Source of the DNA: Promethearchaeati archaeon
GTDB taxonomy: Archaea; Asgardarchaeota; Heimdallarchaeia; JABLTI01
Direction: 5' to 3'
Assembly: GCA_013166835.1 (NCBI GenBank)
Contig: JABLTI010000044.1
Location: 1 to 48,907, forward strand
Length of the DNA: 48,907 nucleotides
Under the pieces are notes generated by a model. That model was not told the origin of the DNA and made no database searches. It was given only the letters and a program-made list of their open reading frames with translations. Both the position numbers and the translations under genes were made by a program. Positions 18,091 through 28,059 of this stretch are shown piece after piece (position 1 is the stretch's first letter; each line of letters begins with the position of its first letter).

Positions 18091-19068
18091 TTATTCCTTG
18101 TAATCAGTATATGCTATCTTTAGTTTCTGCAATCCTTTTTTGTTTACTAATCTAGTCATTCCAATATTTGCTAATGGATTGCCAATAAAGAGAGCTAAAT
18201 AATCTCGCTTAGAGCAATTTATGCGAGAGATTAAATTATATCCCTTCTCATTCTCCTCTTCTAATATTACAATCTTTACCCCATCAACATCTAAATCCTC
18301 TTGGAAATCTTCTGTTGCAGAAAAAATTTTGGCTACGTATGCAGCATAAATAATGGTATTTTCTTCTCCGGTAAATGACTCCCCTATTAATAATCCATTT
18401 GAATCAGTTATTAATACAATTCTAGCCCTTACTTTATCTCTTATCCATTCAGCTAATCGATCAAAATCAATTCGTATGGTACCAACGTGTTTTGCTATTG
18501 CTTTAACAAAGGGCTCATGAATGGTTTCAGGGTGAGTAATTGTTGTTTCAAAAATCTTGAATTGTACAATAATGCCAGGAAATAATTGTTTTAGTGGTTC
18601 TAGAATCAGTTCTTTTATCCTCATACTGTCAACAGCATCTTCCATATCTTGCTTATGAGCAAAAATCAAGAAATTCCTGCATTCTGGGGAGAGGTCTAAT
18701 AAATCTTCGATTGATCGTAACAATTCTGCTTGTGCTTCATCAAATCGAGAAGCATCTGAAGAATCAATTACAAAAATAAAGGAACTAACATTGCTAAAAT
18801 ATTCATTTCGCATAGAACCATGGTATTCATTTATTCGTAAGTCTTCTTGTCCTGGTGGGATGAAGAACACATACTGCTTCTTTAGGAAATCCTTGTTAAA
18901 GATCTCAATATCTTTACTAGGCACACGACGCATTGCTGCTTCTATAGGTGTATGTCTTAAGATGTCTTGTATTGAACTTTTTCCTGCATTATCCAGTCCA
19001 GCAATAAGTATTTTTTCGGTTTCCAATTCCTGATTTCGAACTTGCACTAACGTATCCTTCCAATTCAA
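18091..19068 (-). CDS. Rag/Arf-like small GTPase with C-terminal roadblock-like domain
   Basis: G1 GLDNAGKS, degenerate G3 IPPGQE, FIFVIDSSD, G4 HKQD, G5 ETTI; C-term IVLITDSNGLLIGES...IYAAYVAKIF is roadblock-like; TTG start. Confidence 0.82.
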   Translation of the reverse strand: MNWKDTLVQVRNQELETEKILIAGLDNAGKSSIQDILRHTPIEAAMRRVPSKDIEIFNKDFLKKQYVFFIPPGQEDLRINEYHGSMRNEYFSNVSSFIFVIDSSDASRFDEAQAELLRSIEDLLDLSPECRNFLIFAHKQDMEDAVDSMRIKELILEPLKQLFPGIIVQFKIFETTITHPETIHEPFVKAIAKHVGTIRIDFDRLAEWIRDKVRARIVLITDSNGLLIGESFTGEENTIIYAAYVAKIFSATEDFQEDLDVDGVKIVILEEENEKGYNLISRINCSKRDYLALFIGNPLANIGMTRLVNKKGLQKLKIAYTDYKE

Positions 19069-19579
19069 TTTAGTTTTTCATTGGAAATCTTCGGTGAGAA
19101 TTTCCACGAATTTTCACAAACAGATTATAGTAATCACTACTATTATCTAAAGAAGACATTAAAAATCCCCGATTTTTTTCAGATTGATAGAAAAATATTT
19201 GACTAAGTTATTTTTTATATAAATAAGAAAATAATATAATGTGTCAATGTCAAAAAGTCGATATCAGGGGATGAAAAGTAGAAATATTCGTGTCTTTAGT
19301 CGAGTTAAATTCGTCGGTCAAAGTCCATATTCGTTCTCATTAGTGCATTATTCAAATTAAACCACAGGTTACATCATCATTTACTGATATATTACATGCT
19401 GTACATAGCATACAGATAGTAGGAAACACTAAAAGAATAAAATCCGTACCTCGTAGTAATATTTAAAAGAGCATAATGAGCGAAATGTCTGTGTCGCTCT
19501 TCCAGCTGGAAATAAAAAAAATTATCTTTTTGACATGAAAAAATCGTCCTAGAGGACTGTGTCAGTGAGGCAAAACTGA

Positions 19580-22500
19580 ATGTCTGAAACTGAAAAAATA
19601 ACAATAGAAGATAGATGGATTCTAATAGAAGCAATGGTTAAGGAATTAGGTCTTGTTCGACAACACCTTGACAGTTATAATGAATTTATCCAAGTGGGTA
19701 TGCAAAATGTTGTCCGAGAAATTGGTAGCATAAAACCAGAAATTCCAAGCTATTATGTTAGAATCAATAAAATTGAAATGGATCCACCAAATATTCGAGA
19801 AGCAGATGGATCTCTGAATGAAATTTATCCAAGTGAAGCTCGAATAAGGAATTTGACTTATACTGCACCATTATATCTTGAGATGACTCCTATTCGTATT
19901 GATGATGCCGGGAATGAAATACCTCGTGAAACATCTAGAGTTTTTGTTGGTAGAATGCCTATAATGCTGAAATCGAAAGTCTGTCCATTAAGTCGTATGA
20001 CTGATGAAGAATTGATTAAAGCAGGTGAAGACCCTAATGATCCCGGAGGATATTTCATTATTAATGGAAGTGAAAGAGTCTTAGTAACCCAAGAAGATTT
20101 AGCTCCAAACCGTATTTTAATCGAAACAAAAAAAACAGGTAGTACAACAAGCATGGCTAAAGTTTTTAGCACTGCTCAGGGTGTTCGAGCTCCTGTAACC
20201 ATGGAACGGTCAAAAGACGGGAGTTTGAATATTAGCTTCCCATCAGTGCCAAGAAAGATTCCATTCGCAGTTTTAATGAAAGCATTAGGTCTTGCATCGG
20301 ATAAAGCAATTGTAGAAGCTGTCTCAGATGATCCCGAAGTAAGAAAAGAATTAGTTCCTTCTCTCGAAGAAGCAGAAGAAGTAACTGATGAAGAAATGTC
20401 ACTTGATTTCATAGGAAAGAGGGTGGCTGTCGGGCAAACAATGGATTATCGAATTAAGCGAGCTCGTGAGATCTTGAATAGGTATCTTTTACGTCATATT
20501 GGAACAAAAGAGGAGAATCGTATAGGTAAAGCCTTTTTCTTGGGACAGATGGCTCAAAGATTACTTGAACTTGAATTAGGAAAAAGAAAGGTAGATGATA
20601 AAGATCATTACTCAAATAAACGACTTAAATTATCCGGTGAGTCATTAATTTCACTATTTCGTGTTGCTTTTATGAGTCTCTGCAGAGATATCAAATATCA
20701 ACTTGAAAGAACTGCTGTTAGAGGTAGAACTCCAAACATAAAAACAGCAGTACGAGCTGATGTCATTACTGAACGATTAAGACATGCATTAGCAACTGGA
20801 AACTGGGTAGGAGGTAAAGCTGGTGTTAGTCAGCTTCTTGACAGAACCAACTACATTTCCACCCTAAGCCATTTGCGTCGTGTTGTCAGTCCATTAAGTA
20901 GAAATCAACCACATTTTGAAGCTAGAGATCTTCATCCAACTCATTTTGGTAAGATTTGCCCAAGTGAAACCCCTGAAGGACCAAATTGTGGTCTTGTCAA
21001 GAATTTAGCAATGGATGCTTACATTAGTGTAGGAATCGCAGAAAAAGGAGTTGAGGAATTCCTTTACAGCTTAGATCTCAATGAATTGAATAAAATGCAA
21101 TCAACTGATATTTGTAAAGTATTTCTCAATGGACGATTACTTGGGTCTCATCCCGATCCTAGGAAATTCGTAAGCGATATTAAGAAAGCTAGGAGAAAAG
21201 ACATTATAAGTTCGGAAGTAAACGTGAATTATTACCCTGACATCCAAGAAATCCAAATAAATTGCGATCATGGTCGAGTTAGAAGACCAATTATAGTATT
21301 AGATAAAGGGAGAGTTAAGCTGGAGAAAAAACACGTTGAAAAAATTTCCTCTGGTGCTTGGAATTGGACAGATCTAATCAGAAAAGGTATAGTTGAATAC
21401 ATTGATGCAGAAGAAGAAGAAAGCTCATATATCGCTATGGAACCAGAAAATCTTGAACATGACACTACTTATTCTCATTTAGAGATAGCCCCAAGCGCAA
21501 TTCTAGGAATCTGTGCATCACTTATTCCTTTTGCTGAACACAACCAATCACCAAGAAATACCTATGAAGCAGCAATGGCAAAACAAGCACTAGGAATGTA
21601 TGCAGCTAATTATCGATTAAGGGTGGATACTCGATCACACATTTTATTCTATCCACAAAAACCTCTTGTAAAAACACATGGAATGGATATAGTTAATTTT
21701 GAAAAAAGACCTGCTGGTCAAAATATGGTTATTGCTCTCCTAAGTTATGAAGGTTATAACATGGAAGATGCAATTATTTTCAATAAGCATTCCATAGAGC
21801 GGGGTCTTGCTCGTTCAGCTTTCTTCCGTCGGTATGAAGCAGAAGAAAGACGATATCCTGCAGGACAAGAAGATAGATTTGAACGAATGAGTAAGGACGT
21901 TCGAGGTTTTAGGCCCCCAGAGGCTTATGTTCATTTGAGTGCTGACGGTATTGTTGAACCTGAGAGTCACATAAAAGGTGATGAAGTAATTATTGGACGA
22001 ACTTCTCCACCAAGGTTTCTAGAAGAATATAGTGAATTCGAAGTTCGAGCACCAATTAGACATGAAACAAGCATTAGTATGAGACATAGCGAGGAAGGAT
22101 TTGTAGATACCGTATATCTCACAGAAACTAGTGATGGAAACAGACTTGTCAAAGTAAAAATGAGAGACATGCGTATTCCAGAACTTGGAGACAAATTCGC
22201 ATCACGACATGGCCAAAAAGGAGTTATTGGTTTGATTGCTCCTCCAGAAGATTTACCATTTACTTCAGAAGGAATTGTTCCTGATATAATTGTAAACTGT
22301 CATGCTATTCCTTCGCGTATGACCATTGGTCAAATCCTTGAGACTATGGCAGCAGTTCTTGGTTCAAAGCAAGGTAAAGTTATAGATGCAACTCCTTTTG
22401 AAGGAATCTCTTCTGATGATCTAGTAAAACACATGAAAGATTTAGGCTTGAATTATTATGGAAAAGAAGCTATGTATAATGGTCTTACTGGAAAGAAGTA

Positions 22501-22924
22501 TGAAGTAGATATTTTCATGGGAATAGCCTATTATCAGAAATTACACCATCTTGTGAAGGATAAAACCCACGCAAGATCAAGAGGACCTGTGCAGATTCTC
22601 ACAAGGCAACCAACAGAGGGTCGTGCAAGAGAAGGTGGTCTTCGTTTCGGAGAAATGGAACGAGACTGTCTTGTAGGTCATGGTGCAGCTCTCCTCCTAA
22701 AAGAGCGTTTACTCGAAGAGTCAGACAAAACCTCCATCAATGTCTGTGGAACGTGTGGAGTGATAGCAACCTATGATCGAAACAAAGACAAATACTTCTG
22801 CCCTGTATGTAAGGGAGAAGCAGAGGTGTCAACGGTAATAATGAGTTATGCCTTTAAACTCCTATTACAAGAATTATTTTCACTTGGTATGGCACCCAGA
22901 CTAGTATTAAAGGATCAAGCATAA
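19580..22924 (+). CDS. rpoB: DNA-directed RNA polymerase subunit B (Rpo2, unsplit)
   Basis: GYFIINGSE, CPSETPEG.NCGL, GYNMED, GDKFASRHGQKG, RFGEMERD, C-terminal Zn motif. Confidence 0.99.
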   Translation: MSETEKITIEDRWILIEAMVKELGLVRQHLDSYNEFIQVGMQNVVREIGSIKPEIPSYYVRINKIEMDPPNIREADGSLNEIYPSEARIRNLTYTAPLYLEMTPIRIDDAGNEIPRETSRVFVGRMPIMLKSKVCPLSRMTDEELIKAGEDPNDPGGYFIINGSERVLVTQEDLAPNRILIETKKTGSTTSMAKVFSTAQGVRAPVTMERSKDGSLNISFPSVPRKIPFAVLMKALGLASDKAIVEAVSDDPEVRKELVPSLEEAEEVTDEEMSLDFIGKRVAVGQTMDYRIKRAREILNRYLLRHIGTKEENRIGKAFFLGQMAQRLLELELGKRKVDDKDHYSNKRLKLSGESLISLFRVAFMSLCRDIKYQLERTAVRGRTPNIKTAVRADVITERLRHALATGNWVGGKAGVSQLLDRTNYISTLSHLRRVVSPLSRNQPHFEARDLHPTHFGKICPSETPEGPNCGLVKNLAMDAYISVGIAEKGVEEFLYSLDLNELNKMQSTDICKVFLNGRLLGSHPDPRKFVSDIKKARRKDIISSEVNVNYYPDIQEIQINCDHGRVRRPIIVLDKGRVKLEKKHVEKISSGAWNWTDLIRKGIVEYIDAEEEESSYIAMEPENLEHDTTYSHLEIAPSAILGICASLIPFAEHNQSPRNTYEAAMAKQALGMYAANYRLRVDTRSHILFYPQKPLVKTHGMDIVNFEKRPAGQNMVIALLSYEGYNMEDAIIFNKHSIERGLARSAFFRRYEAEERRYPAGQEDRFERMSKDVRGFRPPEAYVHLSADGIVEPESHIKGDEVIIGRTSPPRFLEEYSEFEVRAPIRHETSISMRHSEEGFVDTVYLTETSDGNRLVKVKMRDMRIPELGDKFASRHGQKGVIGLIAPPEDLPFTSEGIVPDIIVNCHAIPSRMTIGQILETMAAVLGSKQGKVIDATPFEGISSDDLVKHMKDLGLNYYGKEAMYNGLTGKKYEVDIFMGIAYYQKLHHLVKDKTHARSRGPVQILTRQPTEGRAREGGLRFGEMERDCLVGHGAALLLKERLLEESDKTSINVCGTCGVIATYDRNKDKYFCPVCKGEAEVSTVIMSYAFKLLLQELFSLGMAPRLVLKDQA

Positions 22925-22942
22925 GGAGACGGAGGAAGAAAC

Positions 22943-25621
22943 ATGGCATTTAAGTTACCAAAAATTATCGATGCTTTACAATTCGGTCTCTTATCTCCAG
23001 ATGAGATAAGAAAAATGAGTGTTGTCAGAGTAATAACCGCAGACACTTATGATGAAGACGGAACAGCAATTCCCTCTGGATTAATGGATGGTCGTTTGGG
23101 CACTATTGATCCTGGTCAACGTTGTAAAACATGCGGCAATAGAGTTGGCGAGTGTGAAGGCCATTTTGGTCATATAGAACTTGCTCGTCCGATTGCTCAT
23201 GTAGGTTTTAACAAGAAGATATACAAAATTCTCAGAGCAATTTGTCGTGAATGCAGTAGAATTCTTCTAACTGAAGAGGAAGTCTATGAAAACAAACAAA
23301 AAATTCTCAAGTATGAGAAACGATGGGAACAAGCTAATACAGATCTTATAAATGAAATTCTCAAGAAAGCTGCAAAAGCTGATACTTGTCCACATTGTCA
23401 AGCTCTACAATCCAAAATAAAACTCGAAAAACCAACAACATTCTTTGAAGAAATTAAAGCAAGCAAAAAGAGCAAAGTGATTGAACGAAAGAAATTATCC
23501 CCTACAGATGTTAGAGATCGGATGGAAAGAATCTCTGATGATGATTGCTTATTACTTGGGATAAATGCTAAGCATGCTAGACCAGAATGGATGGTTTTGA
23601 CTGTCCTACCCGTTCCACCAGTTGCTATGAGACCAAGTATTACTTTGGAATCAAGTATTCGTTCTGAAGACGATTTAACACATAAACTAGTTGATATTAT
23701 TAGAATTAATCAGCGATTAAGAGAGAATATAGAAGCTGGTGCACCCCAACTTATTGTAGAAGATCTTTGGGAGTTGCTTCAGTATCATGTTACCACATAT
23801 TTCAATAATGAAGTATCTGGAATCCCTCCTGCAAGACATCGTTCTGGAAGAGCATTAAGAACACTCACTCAAAGACTGAAGGGTAAAGAAGGTCGTTTTA
23901 GAAGTAACCTTTGTGGTAAACGTGTTGACTTTTCATCCCGAACTGTTATTTCTCCAGATCCTAATCTAAGTATCAATGAAGTTGGTGTTCCACAAGAAAT
24001 TGCTATGCAATTAACAATTCCTGAAAAAGTTACAGAATGGAATATTGAAGAATTAAAAGAATTAATAATGAGAGGTCCAGCTAATCATCCAGGTGCTAAT
24101 TATATAATTAGACAAGAAGGATTACGTATCGATTTGCGTTTCGTAAAAGAGAAACGAAATGTTGCTGATTCTTTGGAACCTGGTTTCATAGTTGAAAGAC
24201 ATTTAAAAAATGGTGATATTGTCCTTTTCAACAGACAACCATCACTTCACAGAATGTCAATTATGGCTCATAAAGTCAAAGTAATGCCATATAGGACATT
24301 TCGTTTGAATTTATGTGTTTGCCCTCCCTATAACGCAGATTTCGATGGAGATGAAATGAACCTTCATGTTCCTCAAAGTGAGGAAGCTCAAGCAGAAGCG
24401 AGAACCCTTATGTTAGCACAAGAACAAATTTCTTCACCAAGATATGGTGGCCCACTTATTGGAGCAAATTGGGATTATATTTCAGCTTCTTATCTTCTAA
24501 CAAAGAAAGATTCATTCTTCTCAAGGAAAGAAGCTATGCAATTCATCATCTCTTCCGGATTCAACAAAGACTTACCAACACCCGAAATCACAGAGCCAGA
24601 AGAACTTTGGAGCGGCAAGCAAATATTCAGCTTATTTATACCTGAAGATACTCACTATACTAATACTGCTAAAATCTGCCAAAAATGTGCTGAATGTTTA
24701 GAAGAAAAATGTGAACATGATGCATATGTAACAGTAAGAAATGGTGTTCTTAAAACAGGCGTTATTGATAAAAAAGCAATAGGTTCACAACAAGAAGGAA
24801 GTCTCTTAGGTAGAATCCTCATTGACCAAGGGACCGATGTTGCCAGAGAATTCTTAGATGCCATTACAAAGTTGTTTATTCGTGTTCTCTCTTACAAAGG
24901 CTTCACAGTCGGCTTTTGGAATGTTGATATTCCTAAAGAAGCGAAGACGCGAATTGATGAGATTCTAGATGACGCTGAAAAGGAAACAAGAGATACAATT
25001 GATGCTTATAGACAAGGCATACTTGAAAGATTACCAGGAAGAACAGAAGACGAAACACTGGAAATGAAGATTATGGAAATACTCTCTATGTCTAGATCAA
25101 CTGCAAGTGATGTTGCTGGTGAGTATTTAGGAATGGAAAATGAAGCAGTAATTATGGCTAAAACCGGCGCTCGAGGTAGTATGTTAAACTTAGGGCAAAT
25201 GGCGGCTTGCTTAGGACAGCAATCCGTTCGTGGTGCAAGAATTAAAAGAGGATTTAGAGATAGAACATTACCGCATTTCAAACCAGGAGCTCTAGATGCT
25301 CCTTCAAGAGGTTTCGTTAGAAATAGTTTCAGACGAGGATTAACTCCGATAGAATTCTTTATGCATGCTTGTGGTGGCCGTGAAGGTCTTGTTGATACAG
25401 CAGTTCGTACTTCCACGAGTGGTTATATGCAGAGACGGCTTATACATGCTTTACTGGATATCAAAGCTGAATATGATGGTACTGTAAGAGATGCTAATGG
25501 TGAGATTATCCAATTTATTTATGGTGATGATGGTATTGATCCTGCCAAATCAGAGCATGGAAAATCAGTTAATATTGATGCTGTCATTGATAGAGTCCTA
25601 AAAACAACAGTAGAGGAATAG
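22943..25621 (+). CDS. rpoA1: DNA-directed RNA polymerase subunit A' (Rpo1N)
   Basis: CEGHFGHIEL, GKRVDF, NRQPSLH, catalytic YNADFDGDEMN, GREGLVDTAVRT; GGAGG RBS upstream. Confidence 0.99.
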   Translation: MAFKLPKIIDALQFGLLSPDEIRKMSVVRVITADTYDEDGTAIPSGLMDGRLGTIDPGQRCKTCGNRVGECEGHFGHIELARPIAHVGFNKKIYKILRAICRECSRILLTEEEVYENKQKILKYEKRWEQANTDLINEILKKAAKADTCPHCQALQSKIKLEKPTTFFEEIKASKKSKVIERKKLSPTDVRDRMERISDDDCLLLGINAKHARPEWMVLTVLPVPPVAMRPSITLESSIRSEDDLTHKLVDIIRINQRLRENIEAGAPQLIVEDLWELLQYHVTTYFNNEVSGIPPARHRSGRALRTLTQRLKGKEGRFRSNLCGKRVDFSSRTVISPDPNLSINEVGVPQEIAMQLTIPEKVTEWNIEELKELIMRGPANHPGANYIIRQEGLRIDLRFVKEKRNVADSLEPGFIVERHLKNGDIVLFNRQPSLHRMSIMAHKVKVMPYRTFRLNLCVCPPYNADFDGDEMNLHVPQSEEAQAEARTLMLAQEQISSPRYGGPLIGANWDYISASYLLTKKDSFFSRKEAMQFIISSGFNKDLPTPEITEPEELWSGKQIFSLFIPEDTHYTNTAKICQKCAECLEEKCEHDAYVTVRNGVLKTGVIDKKAIGSQQEGSLLGRILIDQGTDVAREFLDAITKLFIRVLSYKGFTVGFWNVDIPKEAKTRIDEILDDAEKETRDTIDAYRQGILERLPGRTEDETLEMKIMEILSMSRSTASDVAGEYLGMENEAVIMAKTGARGSMLNLGQMAACLGQQSVRGARIKRGFRDRTLPHFKPGALDAPSRGFVRNSFRRGLTPIEFFMHACGGREGLVDTAVRTSTSGYMQRRLIHALLDIKAEYDGTVRDANGEIIQFIYGDDGIDPAKSEHGKSVNIDAVIDRVLKTTVEE

Positions 25622-25634
25622 ATTGAGGTCGTAA

Positions 25635-26864
<1,230 letters not shown>

Positions 26865-26975
26865 AAAGATGAGTAGACTTCACTTTTCAATCGAAGGGAA
26901 TAATTTAAATTCCCCTTTTATTGGGATATGAATAAAATCGTTACTTTGAGAAAACAATTGTTGGAGAAAAGTAAT

Positions 26976-27284
26976 ATGTCATATGATTTAAACAGAGAAA
27001 TACAAATAATTGCCAGAACTGGCAAAAAGGATTATGGAATAAATAGAGCTATTAAAGCAACAAAGCTTGGTAGAGCTCAACTAGTTATTTTAGCCAATAA
27101 CTGTTCTGAAGATAAAAGAATCCAAATTGAGTATTATTCTAAACTAGCAAACATTCCTATTGTAATATACACAGGAACTGGTTATGACCTTGGTGCTCTT
27201 TGTGGGCGTGGACATGTCGTTTCAGCAATGTCAGTTTATGATCCCGGAGACAGCAAAATAATTAGAATGCTGAAGAAGAAATAA
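26976..27284 (+). CDS. rpl30e: 50S ribosomal protein L30e
   Basis: RTGK...G, LVILANNC, IEYYSKL, DLG.LCGR, DPGDS.I; operon position; start chosen at in-frame ATG 26976. Confidence 0.95.
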   Translation: MSYDLNREIQIIARTGKKDYGINRAIKATKLGRAQLVILANNCSEDKRIQIEYYSKLANIPIVIYTGTGYDLGALCGRGHVVSAMSVYDPGDSKIIRMLKKK

Positions 27285-27322
27285 AAATCAATTTTGATTT
27301 GAATTGTAGGTCGTGTTATAAA

Positions 27323-27766
27323 CTGTCAAGTGGGATTAGACTTTCTATCGATGAAATGAAAACTATCAACGTCTTTATTAGTGTTACAAAGATTAGCCCA
27401 AAAGATTGCATAATTGATAAGAAACTCGATAGGATTATTTTCTTAGTTGGTAGAGGATCAGTTGGTACAGCTATCGGACGACAAGGATTACACATTAAAA
27501 AACTGAAATCTATTCTTGCTAAAGATATAGAAATCGTTGAAGACGATGAGAAACCTGAACGTTTCATAAAGAACTCCCTTATACCTGCAATTGTGGAAAA
27601 AGTTGTAGTAGTCAGAAGAAAAGACAAGCATGATTTAGCATTCGTTACAATAAAACGTGGTCAAAGAGGATTAGCAATTGGTAAAGATGGTCGCAATATA
27701 GAGCGCGCTCGATTGCTTGCGAAAAGACATTTCGATATTGAGAACGTTATTATTAGTGATCAATAA
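27323..27766 (+). CDS. nusA: Archaeal NusA (two KH domains); start uncertain (CTG 27323 or TTG 27299)
   Basis: AIGRQG and AIGKDGRNI KH motifs; position after rpl30e. Confidence 0.93.
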   Translation: MSSGIRLSIDEMKTINVFISVTKISPKDCIIDKKLDRIIFLVGRGSVGTAIGRQGLHIKKLKSILAKDIEIVEDDEKPERFIKNSLIPAIVEKVVVVRRKDKHDLAFVTIKRGQRGLAIGKDGRNIERARLLAKRHFDIENVIISDQ

Positions 27767-27868
27767 TTTCTTCACCCAAATTTTTTTTGATTTTTTTTTG
27801 AGAAACCATAAGAATACTTTCGGTTAACTCTTTTCCTTTTCTTTTTATAATGAAATACTCATATTAAA

Positions 27869-28007
27869 CCATAGATGAAGGACGCATTTACTTTTGGGTT
27901 GATACCTCGGCAATGTCATCTCCTCGGCAAGAGAAAAAACTAAAAGCGTTCTTCCATCATGTGCACTCGGCACGCACTTTGCTACCATGTATGGGGGCCC
28001 CTTTTTT
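27869..28007 (+). ncRNA. Candidate structured non-coding RNA / leader with three CUCGGCA-loop hairpins
   Basis: Nested complementary segments with G-U pairs on the + strand, CTCGGCA at 27906, 27923 and 27966, TTTTATAA at 27843-27850 upstream, oligo-T at 28002-28007. Confidence 0.55.
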
Positions 28008-28059
28008 GCCCCTTATACTTTCTTAAAGAAAACGACCCTATATATGTGAGGATAAATGA

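Noticed and set aside
19392-19634. 80-aa minus ORF or short plus ORFs upstream of rpoB as rpoH
   Set aside because: No RpoH motifs (HxLVPxH, LPxI, DP); overlaps the rpoB start on the wrong strand
27900-27977. CTCGGCA repeats as a mini CRISPR array
   Set aside because: Repeats only 7-9 bp, irregular spacing, no cas genes
27845-27988. 47-codon minus-strand ORF (MVAKCVPSAHDG...) across the element
   Set aside because: No recognisable protein features; the stems and repeated loops are better explained at nucleic-acid level
27869-28007. Structured element as 5S rRNA, tRNA, SRP or RNase P RNA
   Set aside because: Length resembles 5S but the conserved CCGAAC loop is absent; no T-loop/cloverleaf; too short and lacking signature motifs for SRP or RNase P
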